DNA of 63,381 bases, counting the filler, from Craspedostauros australis (taxonomy: Eukaryota): assembly GCA_030167865.1 (NCBI GenBank). It is 13 parts of 13 records of this genome, joined end to end, with 100 filler letters (N's around TTAATTAATTAA, not from the genome) between each part and the next. Parts side by side here need not be neighbours in the genome. Positions count along the whole stretch, not along the records: positions 53,428 to 63,381 come from JALAGF010004739.1; 12 more parts are not named here. One strand, given 5' to 3'. The notes under the pieces are model-generated. The model ran no database searches and was not told where the DNA came from. It saw only the letters and a program-made list of their open reading frames with translations. A program made the translations under genes and the position numbers. Shown one piece after another: positions 61,266-63,381 of this stretch (positions are counted from its first letter, which is position 1; every line of letters starts with the position of its first letter).

Positions 61266-62438
61266 TCACAGCCTTTCCACAAAGTCTCTCAATGTCGCTG
61301 CGGCGTTCTTCCATTTGGCACCCAGCATCACGTCATGCGGCGAATCGACAACGACGGGCGCATCGAGACCGAGGTACCGAGCCGTTTCCTCGTTGCCTTC
61401 CTGATCGACAATGAAATCATCCGACGCTCCCAAAACCATGCACGGTGGTAAGTCTGCAGCGAAGGGCGCCCGTCCTTCCCCATCCGTGGCCTTGCTGGGG
61501 AGGTTCCTTCCCAGGTTCAAAAGATCGATGGTGGCAGCCGTATCGCGCTCGAAGCAGCCTTGGTATCGCACCAGATCCTCATCGCTAACACCGAGATCGT
61601 CGACGGATCCATCCGCCGCTTCGACTGGCTGACCACCAAAGAATAGATCTCTGCACAGTGCCCGGTCGCCGATGCACTTCTTCAACGCAAGTCCTGCAGT
61701 GATCTTCCAGCTCTGCACGAGGGATCTACGAAGGAACCTGGACGTCATCTTTCCGTTGCCGGATGGTGGCACGGAGCACATCATGACGATGCCACCAAAC
61801 ACATCCGATGGCTTCTTACCGCATTTCTCCAGGTACTTCATGATGATGATGCCACCGAAGGAGTGGCCGATGACCACAGGTTTCGGCGCTGAAGCGTCGC
61901 CGGCAAGCTTCGATCCAAGGATGTCCGGAAGCTGCGACAGAAATGCATCGAGATCCTGACAGTGCTCGGCGGCCTTCACCTTCTTGACGCCCTCGCCCGC
62001 GAAGGTGCCGTTCGTTCCCCTCCAGCTCAACGCGACGACGGGATATCCCAAGTCCGCAAAGTACGGGAAGAACTTCTCTGCCCAGCACCACGCTGCATGG
62101 AACGAACCATGGAGGAAGACGAGCGGTGGCTTGCCTGCCTTCTTGCCGACCATGATGTTGCTCACGAAAGATGTTGGCTTGGGGATGATGAAGAGGACTT
62201 CAGCCGAAATGCCGTCGACGGTGTCGATCTGAGTCCTCTCGATATCTGCAGGACGATTGGAGCCACCATTGCCCTTGCCTTTGTCCATGGATTGCCGCTC
62301 ATTCTGACGCCCCGATAGATCCCATTGAGATGGTCGAAACTGAAATGCCGATACCGCGCATTGTGGTTGGTGAAGCAGCATTCCGAGGAAGGATGCGAGA
62401 ATGACCATCGCCGGCATCTGGCACTTGCACAACTTCAT
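61266..62438 (-). CDS. Alpha/beta-fold hydrolase (esterase-like), probably plastid-targeted
   Basis: VSA-FQF presequence; PPLVFLHGSFHAAWCW; GHSFGG nucleophile; DDFIVD; SPHDVML. Confidence 0.88.
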   Translation of the reverse strand: MKLCKCQMPAMVILASFLGMLLHQPQCAVSAFQFRPSQWDLSGRQNERQSMDKGKGNGGSNRPADIERTQIDTVDGISAEVLFIIPKPTSFVSNIMVGKKAGKPPLVFLHGSFHAAWCWAEKFFPYFADLGYPVVALSWRGTNGTFAGEGVKKVKAAEHCQDLDAFLSQLPDILGSKLAGDASAPKPVVIGHSFGGIIIMKYLEKCGKKPSDVFGGIVMMCSVPPSGNGKMTSRFLRRSLVQSWKITAGLALKKCIGDRALCRDLFFGGQPVEAADGSVDDLGVSDEDLVRYQGCFERDTAATIDLLNLGRNLPSKATDGEGRAPFAADLPPCMVLGASDDFIVDQEGNEETARYLGLDAPVVVDSPHDVMLGAKWKNAAATLRDFVERL

Positions 62439-63117
62439 GGTCGAGGATCGGACGTTGGCTGGAATAATCTGTTTGTTTGCAATCGAGTGCCCTTGCAGCA
62501 CGAGTTATGCTGTAGTCGTAAGTATGGCAGAGCGCGGAGAAGTTGTGATAGCGATCGTGATGGTTGATTGGTGGTCGTTGTGTGTTCTGCGCCAAACGGC
62601 AAACCAGTTGCAGTTGTTGAGGTTGTCACGATCGCTGTTCGCATCTTCGTGGGGAGACAACTTGGGAAAAACAAAGTGATAATTTCTCTTTTTTGCCGCA
62701 TATCCAAATTGGGGTTCTCATTGCGAACAGGGTACGATATTCGGACAATACAACGAATGAACGAGTACATTGTGAGAAACGGACAGGACTGGCGCGAACA
62801 AAAACAACTCTCGTCACAAGAGACAACGGACACCGCCATTTTTGTTGTCCACAATGGCGAAGGTTGGTGTCGATGTGCACAAACGAAACCGCAGCGCAAC
62901 GAACGCCACCGCACCGTTTTCGCTCAGAACCAACACGATTGGTTCTTCAAGTCTCCATTTCGGCAGTTGCTATTGAAACGGAGACGGTGGTAGGTATAAA
63001 GTCGTATCTTAGTGTGTTGATTTGCGGATTGTGTCCGGTTTGTTTCTTTTTCCTTTTCTTTGCGTTGCACCTTCTGTGCCTTTTCTGTGGCTGTTGTCGT
63101 TTGCTGCTGCTCGTGAC

Positions 63118-63381
63118 TCAGCCGAGTCCTCGTGACTGGTTTCGCTCCAATACGCCCCTTTTGGACGTGTCAGGGATGAAGACCTGCGAGGTCCTAACCA
63201 CCTTCACGAGTGTCTTGGTCTGCTTGCGGTTGCCATGTCCAGCCTGATCTGGTTTCGTCGTGTCGCGCTTTGCTTTGGAAAGTGGCTTTGGTAGACGGAA
63301 TAGTGACATGCGGATGAGGCGGTAGAACGTGTGCTTTGCCACGGGTTTCGTCAGCAAGTCGGCTTCGTTGTCCTCTGACGC
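63118..63381 (-). mobile_element. Copia RNase H extreme C-terminus at window edge
   Basis: Minus strand from the window end reads ASEDNEADLLTKPVAKHTFYRLIR. Confidence 0.7.

Overview
Eukaryotic DNA, most likely from a diatom: it carries ASAFAP-type plastid presequences, GT-AG introns, CoDi-like Ty1/copia elements and a (P/S/T)-repeat surface protein. It is not contiguous: 12 identical 100-nt spacers (N-TTAATTAATTAA-N) join 13 small contigs, so adjacency across spacers means nothing. About half the window is LTR-retrotransposon material from several copia families, including solo and nested LTRs and one CpG-decayed copy, plus LINE and piggyBac-like remnants and several tandem repeats. Host genes include CYP97 (carotenoid hydroxylase P450), an alpha/beta hydrolase, a 3-exon mL53-like mitoribosomal gene, a glycosyltransferase-like protein, ankyrin genes (one ANK-BTB pseudogene), a Cys-rich 17-aa repeat protein, a mucin-like protein and a TPR-like C-terminus. 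The most notable finding is a 206-bp insertion with a 5-bp TSD and LTR-like ends (22120-22325) that carries a complete tRNA-like Pol III unit (TATA, A and B boxes, oligo-T); removing it restores the host gag-pol frame. Other notable findings are a PBS complementary to a tRNA-Lys(CUU) half, an LTR family with 6-bp TSDs that sits at the termini of other LTRs, and a Gag-Pol with predicted transmembrane helices between the zinc knuckle and the protease.
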